Source: Chloroflexota bacterium (GTDB lineage: Bacteria; Chloroflexota; Ktedonobacteria; Ktedonobacterales; JADMIN01). From it: 64,000 nucleotides of DNA. The DNA lies in assembly GCA_021814145.1 (NCBI GenBank), contig JAKAIY010000002.1, positions 1,739-65,738 on the forward strand. The letters run 5' to 3'. The position numbers and the translations under genes are program-made. How positions within the stretch are numbered: the stretch's first letter is position 1; each line of letters begins with the position of its first letter. This document shows positions 9,765 to 18,484 of the stretch, one piece after another. A model generated the notes under the pieces. That model was given only the letters and a program-made list of their open reading frames with translations. It was not told where the DNA came from and did not search any database.

Positions 9765-11375
9765 TTACATCCTGAAAACCCCATAGCGCGGCGCGCCATC
9801 TGATACCCAGTCGCGGTTGTACGATATAGAAAGGCCGACTGTGAGGGCCATGCGCGTATCGCGTGGGTCAATGACACCATCGTCCCACAGCCGGGCGGTC
9901 GCGTAGTAGGCCGATGACTCTTTTTCGAGTTTCTGCCGCGCCATCTCGCGCAGCGTTTCAATCTGGGCGCGGTCAGGCTCCGCGCCTCGCGCTCGCGCGG
10001 CATCCTCCTGAATGATCGCCAACACCCCCGCCGCCTGTTCCGCGCCCATCACCGCGATGCGGCTGTTCGGCCAGGTGAATAACAGGCGCGGGTCGTAGGC
10101 GCGCCCGCACATGCCATAGTTGCCCGCGCCAAAGCTTCCACCGACGATCACGGTAAACTGGGGGACGTTCGAGTTCGCGACGGCGTTCACCATCTTCGCG
10201 CCATGCTTGATGATGCCTTCCTCCTCATATTTGCGCCCAACCATAAAGCCGGTGATGTTCTGGAGGTACACCAGCGGCGTGCGTGACTGGTTGCAAAGCT
10301 GGATGAATTGCGCCGCTTTCATGGAGGAATCAGAGAAGAGCACACCATTATTGCCAAGGATACCCACCGGGAAACCGTTGACGCGCGCATGGCCACAGAC
10401 CAGCGTCGGTCCGAAGTCCCGCTTGAATTCCTCAAAGCGGGAGCCATCCACGACGCGCGCGATGACCTCGCGTATGTCAAACGGGTGACGCGGGTCACAG
10501 GGGATCACGCCAAATAACTCATCGGGGTCGTATCGTGGCTCCTCGGGCGCCGCCAACTGCGCTCGAATCTGTTTGCGCCAGTTCAACTGACCGATGATTT
10601 CACGACCCAGACGGATAGCGTCGGCGTCATCTTCCGCGAGATAGTCACCAAGGCCAGAGACGCGGGTGTGCATCTCAGCGCCACCCAGCGCTTCGTCATC
10701 CACTTCCTCGCCGGTCGCCATCTTCACCAGCGGTGGGCCGCCCAGGAACACTTTCGCCTGCCGCTTGACGAGCACGGTGTAGTCTGAAAGACCGGGTATG
10801 TAGGCGCCACCCGCCGTTGAGTTGCCAAAGACGAGTGAGATCTGGGGGATGCCAGTAGCTGACATACGCGTCTGGTTGGCGAATGTGCGTCCGCCAAGAT
10901 CAGCGAAAAATTCCGCCTGGTAGAGCAGATTCGCGCCCGCTGACTCAACGAGATAGACGCATGGCAGGTGATTCTGCGCGGCAATCTCCTGGGCGCGCAG
11001 CGCTTTTTTGACCGTGATGGGATAGCTGGCCCCGCCTTTGGCGGTGGCGTCATTCGCGCTTATCATGCACTCGACGCCATTGACGACGCCAATTCCGCTG
11101 ATCTGCGAGCCACCAGGCGACTCATCGCCGTACATTTCCCATCCCGCCAGTGTGCTCAATTCCAGGAACGGCGCGCCGGGATCGAGCAGCAGCTCCACCC
11201 GCTCGCGTGGCAGCAGCTTGCCACGCGCCACGTGGCGTTCACGCGCGCGCGCGCTGCCACCCTCACGGACGCGCACCTGTCGCGCGTGAAGCTCATCCAC
11301 CAGGGCGCGCATCGCCTCATAATTCTGGCGGTATTCTTCGCTCCTCGGATTGATCGCGCTGGGCAGAACGCTCAT
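9765..11375 (-). CDS. Acyl-CoA carboxylase carboxyltransferase (beta) subunit, MccB/AtuC-like
   Basis: 536 aa with the two-domain crotonase-like carboxyltransferase pattern (GGSARARERHVARGKLLPRERV, DATAKGGASYP, FGAGNYGMCGRAY). Its ATG overlaps the stop of the upstream SDR gene (ATGA). Confidence 0.85.
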   Translation of the reverse strand: MSVLPSAINPRSEEYRQNYEAMRALVDELHARQVRVREGGSARARERHVARGKLLPRERVELLLDPGAPFLELSTLAGWEMYGDESPGGSQISGIGVVNGVECMISANDATAKGGASYPITVKKALRAQEIAAQNHLPCVYLVESAGANLLYQAEFFADLGGRTFANQTRMSATGIPQISLVFGNSTAGGAYIPGLSDYTVLVKRQAKVFLGGPPLVKMATGEEVDDEALGGAEMHTRVSGLGDYLAEDDADAIRLGREIIGQLNWRKQIRAQLAAPEEPRYDPDELFGVIPCDPRHPFDIREVIARVVDGSRFEEFKRDFGPTLVCGHARVNGFPVGILGNNGVLFSDSSMKAAQFIQLCNQSRTPLVYLQNITGFMVGRKYEEEGIIKHGAKMVNAVANSNVPQFTVIVGGSFGAGNYGMCGRAYDPRLLFTWPNSRIAVMGAEQAAGVLAIIQEDAARARGAEPDRAQIETLREMARQKLEKESSAYYATARLWDDGVIDPRDTRMALTVGLSISYNRDWVSDGAPRYGVFRM

Positions 11376-12223
11376 CCCGCATCATCTCCTTTTCCGCCGA
11401 ACGCGGGCCACGCCGCATGTTCAGGGATGGCATAGCCTTGCAGGCGGTAGAGTGAGCCGGCGCCGTCCACGCGCAGTGTCGCGCCCGAGATAAAAGCGGA
11501 AGCGGGGGAAAGCAGGAACAGGACCGCCGCCGCGACTTCCTCCTCTGTGCCCATGCGCCGGGCGGGAATATCCCGGGCGATAGCGTCAAGTTGCGCTCGA
11601 ACCGCTTCTGGATAGGTCTTCAGCCCGCTGGAGTTAATCAGCCCCGGCGCCACCGCGTTGACGCGCACACCCGCCGCAGCCCATTCCAGCGCGAGCGTCT
11701 GGGTGAGGTTGACTACGCCTGCCCGCGCCGCTCCCGTATGCGCCATGCCGGGAAAACCGCGCCACATATCGGCGACGATGTTGACAATCGTTCCGCCTCG
11801 CTCGCGAAAGCCATGCAAAAAGGCGGCGCGTGACATGTTGAAGGCGCCCGTCAGATTAGTCTCGATGACCGCGCGCCAGCCTCCCGGAGAAATCAGCTCA
11901 GCTGGGCTGAGGAACTGGCCACCAGCGTTATTGACCAGCGCGTCTACGGGACCGGCGCGTTCGATGGCGTCGCTCCAGAACGCCTCGACGGCGTCCACGT
12001 CGCGGATGTCGCAGATCAGCGCGATAGCGTGACCACCCGCCGCCTCGATTTCCGCACGTGTGGGCTCTATATGCTCAGCCGAACGCGAACAGATAATCAC
12101 CGTCGCGCCAAGACTGGCGAGCTCACACGCGATGGCTCGCCCGATACCCGTGCCACCGCCGCTTACCACCGCGGTCTTGCCAGTGAATAGGCCTGCGCGA
12201 AAGATAGACTCCACTGTTCCCAT
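11372..12223 (-). CDS. Short-chain dehydrogenase/reductase
   Basis: The Rossmann motif TGKTAVVSGGGTGIGRAIA is present. Start 12223 is preferred because GGAGG lies 9 nt upstream; the ORF-track start is 12259. Confidence 0.8.
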   Translation of the reverse strand: MGTVESIFRAGLFTGKTAVVSGGGTGIGRAIACELASLGATVIICSRSAEHIEPTRAEIEAAGGHAIALICDIRDVDAVEAFWSDAIERAGPVDALVNNAGGQFLSPAELISPGGWRAVIETNLTGAFNMSRAAFLHGFRERGGTIVNIVADMWRGFPGMAHTGAARAGVVNLTQTLALEWAAAGVRVNAVAPGLINSSGLKTYPEAVRAQLDAIARDIPARRMGTEEEVAAAVLFLLSPASAFISGATLRVDGAGSLYRLQGYAIPEHAAWPAFGGKGDDAG

Positions 12224-12273
12224 GCGACTACGCCTCCATTCACCAGCGAATGGCCCCATCGCGCGCGTCCAAC

Positions 12274-12705
12274 CTACCGGAACGTGTCCTTCTCTGTCAG
12301 TCGGGATTCCACCTGCGCGAGCGCGTCGCGCAATTCATCACGCAAGTCAGTCAGATCGCGTAATTGCGCCTCGACCTGTCCCAGCCGCTCCAGGATCATG
12401 AGGCGTAGTCGCTCCTCCTGTCGGCGTTCATCATGTGTGGCGTCATAGATCTCGAATAACTCACGAATATCGTCCAGCGCGAACCCCAGGCCTCTTGCCC
12501 GTAGGAGCAGTTTGAGCCGCACGCGGTCACGCGGCGTGTAGAGACGCTGCTGGGTGCTCTCGGTGCGCTGCGGGCTGAGCAGGCCGCGCTCTTCGTAGTA
12601 GCGGATTGTGCGGGTCGAGATGTCCAGTTCCCGGGCGAGGTCGCCGATGGTCAACATCTTGGGCGTAGGGGCAGGCGCGCTCATGTCTGGAGAGCTCTCT
12701 CGCAT
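12274..12705 (-). CDS. MerR-family transcriptional regulator (LiuR-like by context)
   Basis: N-terminal MerR helix-turn-helix LTIGDLARELDISTRTIRYYEERGLL followed by a coiled-coil dimerisation helix. It is the first gene of the acyl-CoA carboxylase cluster. Confidence 0.85.
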   Translation of the reverse strand: MRESSPDMSAPAPTPKMLTIGDLARELDISTRTIRYYEERGLLSPQRTESTQQRLYTPRDRVRLKLLLRARGLGFALDDIRELFEIYDATHDERRQEERLRLMILERLGQVEAQLRDLTDLRDELRDALAQVESRLTEKDTFR

Positions 12706-12750
12706 CGCGCTTTCCTCTCAACCTGCTTGGCGCGCCTGGCTCATATCTGT

Positions 12751-12800
12751 TTGACGTAGTATGCCGGATGCTTACGTTAACGTCAAGTAAATCAACGTTA
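12751..12800 (-). promoter_or_regulatory. Candidate MerR-type promoter/operator of the carboxylase cluster
   Basis: The minus strand reads TTGACG (12786-12781), a 19-nt spacer, then TACTAC (12761-12756). A perfect 10-bp palindrome ACGTTAACGT (12774-12783) spans the -35/spacer junction. Additional TTGACGT/ACGTCAA inverted arms lie at 12751 and 12781. Confidence 0.3.
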
Positions 12801-12974
12801 ATCGCGCGCGCAGCGCAGATATCGCTGTTTTCAACATTTTTGGGTGTTTAGCTCTTACCCGTTTTATACTCTTGTATGGGGCTTTACCCTGCCTGGTCCT
12901 TATGCGCCTGGCGCTATGGGCGACCACTGGCGCGGTAGATAATACGAAAATTTCAAGAAAGGTGAAGCGCGCTG

Positions 12975-13523
12975 ATGGCGAAGGTGACAACGGGGGGCGG
13001 CGACACCGGATACACAAGTCTCCTGGGTGAACAGCGAGTGCCGAAGTATGATAGCCGCCCTGAGGCCTTCGGCACAGTGGATGAGGCTACGTCAGCGCTT
13101 GGCCTCGCGCGCGCCCATTCCAATGACCCCAAGGTGCGTGACATTATTCTGACGGCTCAACGCGACCTCTATCTGCTTATGGCGGAGCTGGCGACCCCTC
13201 CGGAAAACCGCGAAGCAGTCAACTTTCGCATCGCCGCAGAGCGCGTCTCCTGGCTGGAAGAGGTAGAGCGTGACCTGAAAGACGAGGTTGAGATCCCCAA
13301 TAAGTTCGTCATCCCTGGAGACTCTGTGGTAGGGGCGGCGCTCGATCTCGCGCGTACAATTATCCGGCGGGCCGAGCGCCTGACCGCGCGGCTGGAACAT
13401 CAAGGCGCGCTCGGCGAGACGCAAGCGCTGCGATACCTTAACCGACTCTCTGACATGGTCTTTATTCTCGCGCGCTATGTCGAAGCGAAGAACGGCGGAA
13501 GCACCCAGGCGACACGCTCCTGA
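12975..13523 (+). CDS. PduO-type ATP:cob(I)alamin adenosyltransferase
   Basis: The N-terminus TTGGGDTGYTSLLGEQRVPKYDSRPEAFGTVDEATSALG is the characteristic PduO-type signature. Length is 182 aa. Confidence 0.85.
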   Translation: MAKVTTGGGDTGYTSLLGEQRVPKYDSRPEAFGTVDEATSALGLARAHSNDPKVRDIILTAQRDLYLLMAELATPPENREAVNFRIAAERVSWLEEVERDLKDEVEIPNKFVIPGDSVVGAALDLARTIIRRAERLTARLEHQGALGETQALRYLNRLSDMVFILARYVEAKNGGSTQATRS

Positions 13524-13669
13524 TCACAGGCGGTAACGATGGGAGCGCGCCGCGCTTTGACAGAAGGCTGGGTTGTCTCATACATTCACTTCACGTGATG
13601 CGGACATCGCGATGACGTCATGATGACTGCGACAGAGCGTCCTTCACGAAGGCGGCTAAAGGATCAGGT

Positions 13670-14062
13670 ATGACGACACCAGACCACGCGCCCATTCTTG
13701 CCGTTGATGACAGCGCGTCCATCCGTGAGATGATCTCGACAGTGCTGACCGCGCACGGGTATCGGGTTGTCACCGCCGTTGACGGGAAGGAGGCGCTGAT
13801 TCATCTCCGTGCGGCGGCGGAGCCCTATATTGTCTTGCTCGATGTTGTCATGCCGCTTCTAGATGGAATGGCGGTCGTCCAGGAGATAAGCTCAGACCCG
13901 CAATTGCGAGCCGCGCGCCACCAGATTATCCTCATGTCCTCCATAGTCCGGATGTCGCAGCCGGACATTCCGCAGTCGGTGGGGCAGCTTGCCAAACCAT
14001 TTACCCGGCAGAAATTACTCGATGTTGTCGCGAAGGCTCAGCGCGAGACGCGTCATGAGTAA
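13670..14062 (+). CDS. Stand-alone response-regulator receiver domain protein
   Basis: 130 aa, CheY-like: ILAVDDS, phospho-acceptor context LLDVVMP, and a conserved Lys in LAKPF. Confidence 0.85.
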   Translation: MTTPDHAPILAVDDSASIREMISTVLTAHGYRVVTAVDGKEALIHLRAAAEPYIVLLDVVMPLLDGMAVVQEISSDPQLRAARHQIILMSSIVRMSQPDIPQSVGQLAKPFTRQKLLDVVAKAQRETRHE

Positions 14063-14085
14063 CGGAATCGCGCCCCAAATACGAT

Positions 14086-15741
14086 GTGGGTATGGTGTTC
14101 TTGAGGAATGGGAACGGGACCATTATGAACCCAAACCAGTCTGACGCCTTTCAAGCAGCGGACGCGACTGAAAACCCTTCCGCGCTCATCGCCCGTTCTG
14201 CTACGGTGGATGATGAATCTGCCGCTGATTCAGAAACTTCCGCCGAGCCTGAAGCAACGGGTCGCTACCCCTGGCAAGCGGTAATGGCGCGCTGGCTACT
14301 GACCCTTAACCCTGGGCGGACACAGGATGAGTACGCCAAAGCGGTCCGCTATTTCTTTGAGACACCTGGGGCGCCGCAGGATCTTGACGAGATCTCTCCG
14401 GATCTCCTGCTTGCGTATCGCGGCGCGCTTGTCATGCGTGCCGAGCGCGGTTTCACGTCACGCTCCGCGCGCAATCCGGCAAGCTCCAGAGCTGAACGAC
14501 TTGCCCGCCTCTGGGGCCGTGGGAACCGCCCGCACGACCTTCCTGGAGAAGGAACAAAAGATGCGGCGCATGCCTCGATTCGCCCGAATCCGCTTGCGCC
14601 AGCGACCATCAATCTCAGGCTGACCGCTCTGCGCCAATTCCTCACATATGCGTCGCTACGGTATCAGCTTGCGAACTTGACGTCAGACCACATTCACCTC
14701 TCGCTCCGGCGTCTGCCTGTTGAGCGCCGCAGACCGTATCAAATTCTAAACGAGGAGGAATGGCCCGCGTTCCTGGATGTAGCTCGCCTGCCAATGGGGA
14801 ACGCCAAATCGCCAGAGGCGCAGCTGGCGCCAACGAATGAGCCCGCGTCGCGCGTGACGTCTCCCTGGGGGCGTACCAGGGCGGAGCGCCAGCGCGCCGC
14901 ACAGGAGAAAGCTTCCAGCTCTGGGCGTGAATCGCATTTAGATGATGAGCGTGGTGATGCGCTAGTGATGGATCCGCCTCTGCGGCGTGCGCGCGATGGG
15001 CGTACCGGGGCGTATACCGCGCAACGGGATTATGCGCTAGTGGCGCTCGCGCTCGTGAGCGGGTTGCGCGCAATCGAGCTTTCTCTTCTGGATATGGGCG
15101 ATCTGACGCGCGAGCGGCGGCGCGGCCAGGACGAATGGTGGCTAACACTTCCCGATGAGAAGACAAAAGGACAGCGAGGCGGGCGCACACTGCCGCTTGC
15201 GCACGATCTGATCGCCATCCTTCTTGACTACATCCGCTCAACTGGGCGCTCGCTCTCCTCGCCAGAGGATCGGGCGACGCCGCTATTTCTTGCGCTAGCG
15301 CGCGGATCACGTCACGTTGAGCACAGCGCGGAGAGCGCTGGGCCTTCTAGCGCGCGCGTTCGCCGCTTACGGCCGGAGCAGATTCGTGGTGTTATCAATC
15401 GGGTCGAGACGCAGTGGCTGGCGCTCCAGAGTGAAAACCCCGACTCACCGAATCAAGAGGTCGAGGGGCGGCGGATTTCGCCACACGCGCTCCGACACAG
15501 CGCCGCGATCGCGCTCTTGAAAGGCAACGACTCCGCTGGCCGTCCGCCCGCATCCGTTGAGCATGTTCGTGGATGGCTGGGACACTTTGACATCCGCACG
15601 ACACAGCGTTATCTCGATCATCTCAGCTCGCGCGAGGAGCGGCGCAAGTTCGCCATCACACCCACCTCTTTTTCCGCTCCCTCACGTGAAAGCCATGGCG
15701 CGAGCGACTTGGCCGGCGCTGAATCTGAACGCGACGGGTGA
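14086..15741 (+). CDS. Tyrosine recombinase / phage-type integrase (unusually long)
   Basis: Catalytic signature present: SGLRAIEL (Arg), HALRHSAA (HxxR), VRGWLGH, and TTQRYLDH (Tyr). There is an N-terminal SAM-like core-binding region. The start is uncertain (GTG 14086, ATG 14092 or 14125). Confidence 0.8.
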   Translation: MGMVFLRNGNGTIMNPNQSDAFQAADATENPSALIARSATVDDESAADSETSAEPEATGRYPWQAVMARWLLTLNPGRTQDEYAKAVRYFFETPGAPQDLDEISPDLLLAYRGALVMRAERGFTSRSARNPASSRAERLARLWGRGNRPHDLPGEGTKDAAHASIRPNPLAPATINLRLTALRQFLTYASLRYQLANLTSDHIHLSLRRLPVERRRPYQILNEEEWPAFLDVARLPMGNAKSPEAQLAPTNEPASRVTSPWGRTRAERQRAAQEKASSSGRESHLDDERGDALVMDPPLRRARDGRTGAYTAQRDYALVALALVSGLRAIELSLLDMGDLTRERRRGQDEWWLTLPDEKTKGQRGGRTLPLAHDLIAILLDYIRSTGRSLSSPEDRATPLFLALARGSRHVEHSAESAGPSSARVRRLRPEQIRGVINRVETQWLALQSENPDSPNQEVEGRRISPHALRHSAAIALLKGNDSAGRPPASVEHVRGWLGHFDIRTTQRYLDHLSSREERRKFAITPTSFSAPSRESHGASDLAGAESERDG

Positions 15742-15783
15742 TGCCCCTTGGGGAAATATCCTTCCTCGATCTCTCCCTATAAA

Positions 15784-15817
15784 CGGCAGGCGGGCCAGGA
15801 ATGTGGCCCGCCTGCCG
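15784..15817. terminator. Bidirectional hairpin between convergent genes
   Basis: A perfect 14-bp stem, CGGCAGGCGGGCCA / TGGCCCGCCTGCCG, with a 6-nt loop. It lies between the integrase stop and the stop of the Mo-oxidoreductase gene. Confidence 0.6.
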
Positions 15818-15931
15818 TAGCGTCAGCTCGCAAGATCTCTGCGGGTGCGGAGGGAACCCAGACAGCGTAGAGAACTTGGGACTTCGCGTATGCACGCAAC
15901 TCTGGCGCCAGAAGGCGCGTGCGCCACGAGT

Positions 15932-17587
15932 CTAGCGAACTGTTACTGTGATGGCGTGATATCCTGATGAACCATTGGGTAATGGTGGCTCACTGCGCGG
16001 AGTCTGCACATTCCCCGCCAGATCTATAGCGCGCACAGCGATGACATAGCGCTCGCTGACGGGCCGCCACGAATATTCCCAGAGCGTCCAACTCAGTGCT
16101 CCCAGTGGCCTTCGTAGATTCGCGATGTTCCAGGAGCGTCCGCCGTCAACGCTGACATCCACGCGGGAAATCCCCTGCGCTCCACCGTAGGCGATGCCCG
16201 CGATAGAGGTGAGGCGCGCTAGAAGCAGGTCGCCATCTTGAGGCGTATCAATACGGGACATCAGCTTCACTACAGCCTCTGGAGTCCATCCCCGCTGCTC
16301 CCAATATCCCGTGTACGCGCCAGCGCCCAAGCTCAGCTGGGTCAGCCATTTGCCGTTCTTCATCCCATAAAGACCAGGAATGAGCAGCCGTGCTGGAAAT
16401 CCATGCGCCTGCGGAAGTGGCGCGCCATCCAGCAGATAAGCGATCAGTGAGCGCTCATCCAGCGCCTGCGCTAAATGCAGGCTGTCGCTGTAGCCATCCG
16501 ACGCCATAAAGGTCATCTGGCTGGCTCCTGGCTGTATCCCGGCGGCGTTTAGCACATCGGCGAGCCGTACGCCCGTGAACAGGCCATTGCTTATCAGCGG
16601 CCCTCCTACCTCATTGCTGATGCACTCGAGCGTATGATACTGCCGCGTTCGGGGAAGCGCGCGTAGCTGGTCATAGGAGAGTTGGTAAGGTTTGTCAACC
16701 AGGCCAGAGACGCTGAGTGTCCATGTGTTAGCTGATAATGATGGATCGCCCGCAAGGTTTTTGGATACATAGTAAAAGTCCGCCGCTGGGGTCAGCTCCG
16801 CCGCCTGTCCCACTACTGGCGTCCAGGCTCCATAGACAGGCGTGGGTGGAGGAATGATCTGCTCAGGGACAGAGCTTAGCGACAGTGATGGCTGAGGGCT
16901 TTGCGTGGGTCCCGCGCCAAACAGCGCCCCTAACCCTGACGTGAGCGCCTCCCATGCCCCAATTCCCGCAACGAGCATGCCCATCGCTACTGCGCCTTGC
17001 AGGACAAGCGCCCTGCGTGTAAGCGGCTTTGATGCGCTGATATTTTCTGCTTCCTGGGCTTGCTCACGTATCAGCTGCGCCCGGGGACGCAGCTCCCAGA
17101 TAAGCGCGATCGCGAACACACAATTCGGAGCGAGCAGTGAGAGAAACGCGCCTGAAGCGCCACCGGGCAAACCTGTCCCGAAGAAGCCCCCGCCAATGAT
17201 CGGTGCGAGTAGACCAGCGGATAAAATCCATAGCGCCATCACAATCACTGGCGCGTCCAGCCATGATAAGGTCGCGCTATTGTCGTCTCCTGATATGCGC
17301 GTGGCCACAATTCGCCGCAGCGGCACGTATGCTAGGCCAGCGGCGCTTGTGAGAAGCGCCTCAACGATGAGCGCGCCAATAAGATAGAGGTGTTTCGCCG
17401 ACGGCCCAAATGTCGTCAGGAGCGCTTCAAAAACGGGAAGCGGAATGCGAGTCGTCGCCTGGTCGGCAAACAGTTCAGCGGGCATGGGAAGGGCGGTGAT
17501 GTAGCTCAAAGCAAGCGCGGTAATAATCCCCAGCGACGCGGCGATCAGTGTTGGCCCCAATGCCTGACGAAACGCGGCGCGCCCCAT
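15932..17587 (-). CDS. Membrane-anchored molybdopterin oxidoreductase, sulfite-oxidase family
   Basis: The N-terminal ~200 aa contain several hydrophobic helices. These are followed by a sulfite-oxidase-type Moco domain with the Mo-ligand Cys context YHTLECISNEVGG and a C-terminal Ig-like domain. Confidence 0.75.
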   Translation of the reverse strand: MGRAAFRQALGPTLIAASLGIITALALSYITALPMPAELFADQATTRIPLPVFEALLTTFGPSAKHLYLIGALIVEALLTSAAGLAYVPLRRIVATRISGDDNSATLSWLDAPVIVMALWILSAGLLAPIIGGGFFGTGLPGGASGAFLSLLAPNCVFAIALIWELRPRAQLIREQAQEAENISASKPLTRRALVLQGAVAMGMLVAGIGAWEALTSGLGALFGAGPTQSPQPSLSLSSVPEQIIPPPTPVYGAWTPVVGQAAELTPAADFYYVSKNLAGDPSLSANTWTLSVSGLVDKPYQLSYDQLRALPRTRQYHTLECISNEVGGPLISNGLFTGVRLADVLNAAGIQPGASQMTFMASDGYSDSLHLAQALDERSLIAYLLDGAPLPQAHGFPARLLIPGLYGMKNGKWLTQLSLGAGAYTGYWEQRGWTPEAVVKLMSRIDTPQDGDLLLARLTSIAGIAYGGAQGISRVDVSVDGGRSWNIANLRRPLGALSWTLWEYSWRPVSERYVIAVRAIDLAGNVQTPRSEPPLPNGSSGYHAITVTVR

Positions 17588-17598
17588 AAACGCCTCCT

Positions 17599-18366
17599 TT
17601 ACTCTATCTCTTCATCCACTATCTCGTCGTGTTGTCTCATCGGATGGGATGGGGCCGCCTGCGCGAGCAACGCCGCCGCGAGCACTAGCGCATCCCCCAG
17701 GCGGGAAAATCCTAGCCGTGACTCAAAGGCGGGGCCACGGGTGTATGTGGGGGCGTCACCTGGACGCATAGGAGGGTGGAGCGCTAATGCCTCAGAGCGA
17801 GTGAGGCGTTCGAGTGTCTGAATGACCGAATCGGTTGGCCGGTCTGTAGCCCGCGCGATAAGACGGGCTGTGACTGGTATTGGTATGGCTGCTCGCTCTA
17901 GCGCCAGAAGCGCGACCAGCGCCTCAAGTTCTTTCCAACCTAGCTGTATGGGCTCGACCCTGTCGCTTTTTCCTGGTTGTTGTCCCTCTGGGAGGCCAAT
18001 CAACAGATGGGGGGGACGGCGAACCTCTTCAGCGGACGCCAGCGAAATGCTTCCGTTCACGCTATCAACCGGCTCTAACTGGTACGCCAGCGGTCGAAAA
18101 CTGGGAAGCGCGCGAGCGAGCGCGACAAGCGTGGCGCGTGACGGGTTGCGCGCGCCATCCTGACCTGACTCAAGCTTTGAGAGATAGCCGCGGGAGAGGC
18201 CAGTCCGCTCGCTCAAGCCAGCCAGGCTGAGACCAGCGACCTGACGGGCGCTGCGCAGAAGCAGCCCCCAGTCACGTGACCATGAGCGCAAATCATCCAT
18301 TGCTCCCGCAGGATTAGGCTGATCACGTAAGCCGCGAGTCATCGCTGATTTACTTCTTTTCGCCAC
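17599..18366 (-). CDS. XRE-family helix-turn-helix regulator with an unknown C-terminal domain
   Basis: HTH segment LRSARQVAGLSLAGLSERTGLSRGYLSKLESG. It lies about 11 nt upstream of the Mo-oxidoreductase gene on the same strand. Confidence 0.75.
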   Translation of the reverse strand: MAKRSKSAMTRGLRDQPNPAGAMDDLRSWSRDWGLLLRSARQVAGLSLAGLSERTGLSRGYLSKLESGQDGARNPSRATLVALARALPSFRPLAYQLEPVDSVNGSISLASAEEVRRPPHLLIGLPEGQQPGKSDRVEPIQLGWKELEALVALLALERAAIPIPVTARLIARATDRPTDSVIQTLERLTRSEALALHPPMRPGDAPTYTRGPAFESRLGFSRLGDALVLAAALLAQAAPSHPMRQHDEIVDEEIE

Positions 18367-18484
18367 CGCACACTGTATGCCAGCGTTATCCTTCCATAGG
18401 ATACACTACATCGTAGCATGCGCTCATGCAGACACGAAGGGGGGCTCATAATGAACCGCCCTTTTGGCTAAGGAGAACCGCTTC

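Noticed and set aside
12706-12974. A possible cobalamin riboswitch upstream of the PduO-type adenosyltransferase. A GACCACTGGCG segment resembles the GCCACUG core.
   Set aside because: The other conserved blocks (the GGUG.AA.UCC region and the AGCCAGGAGACC-type B12 box) are absent. An isolated 6-7-mer is not evidence.
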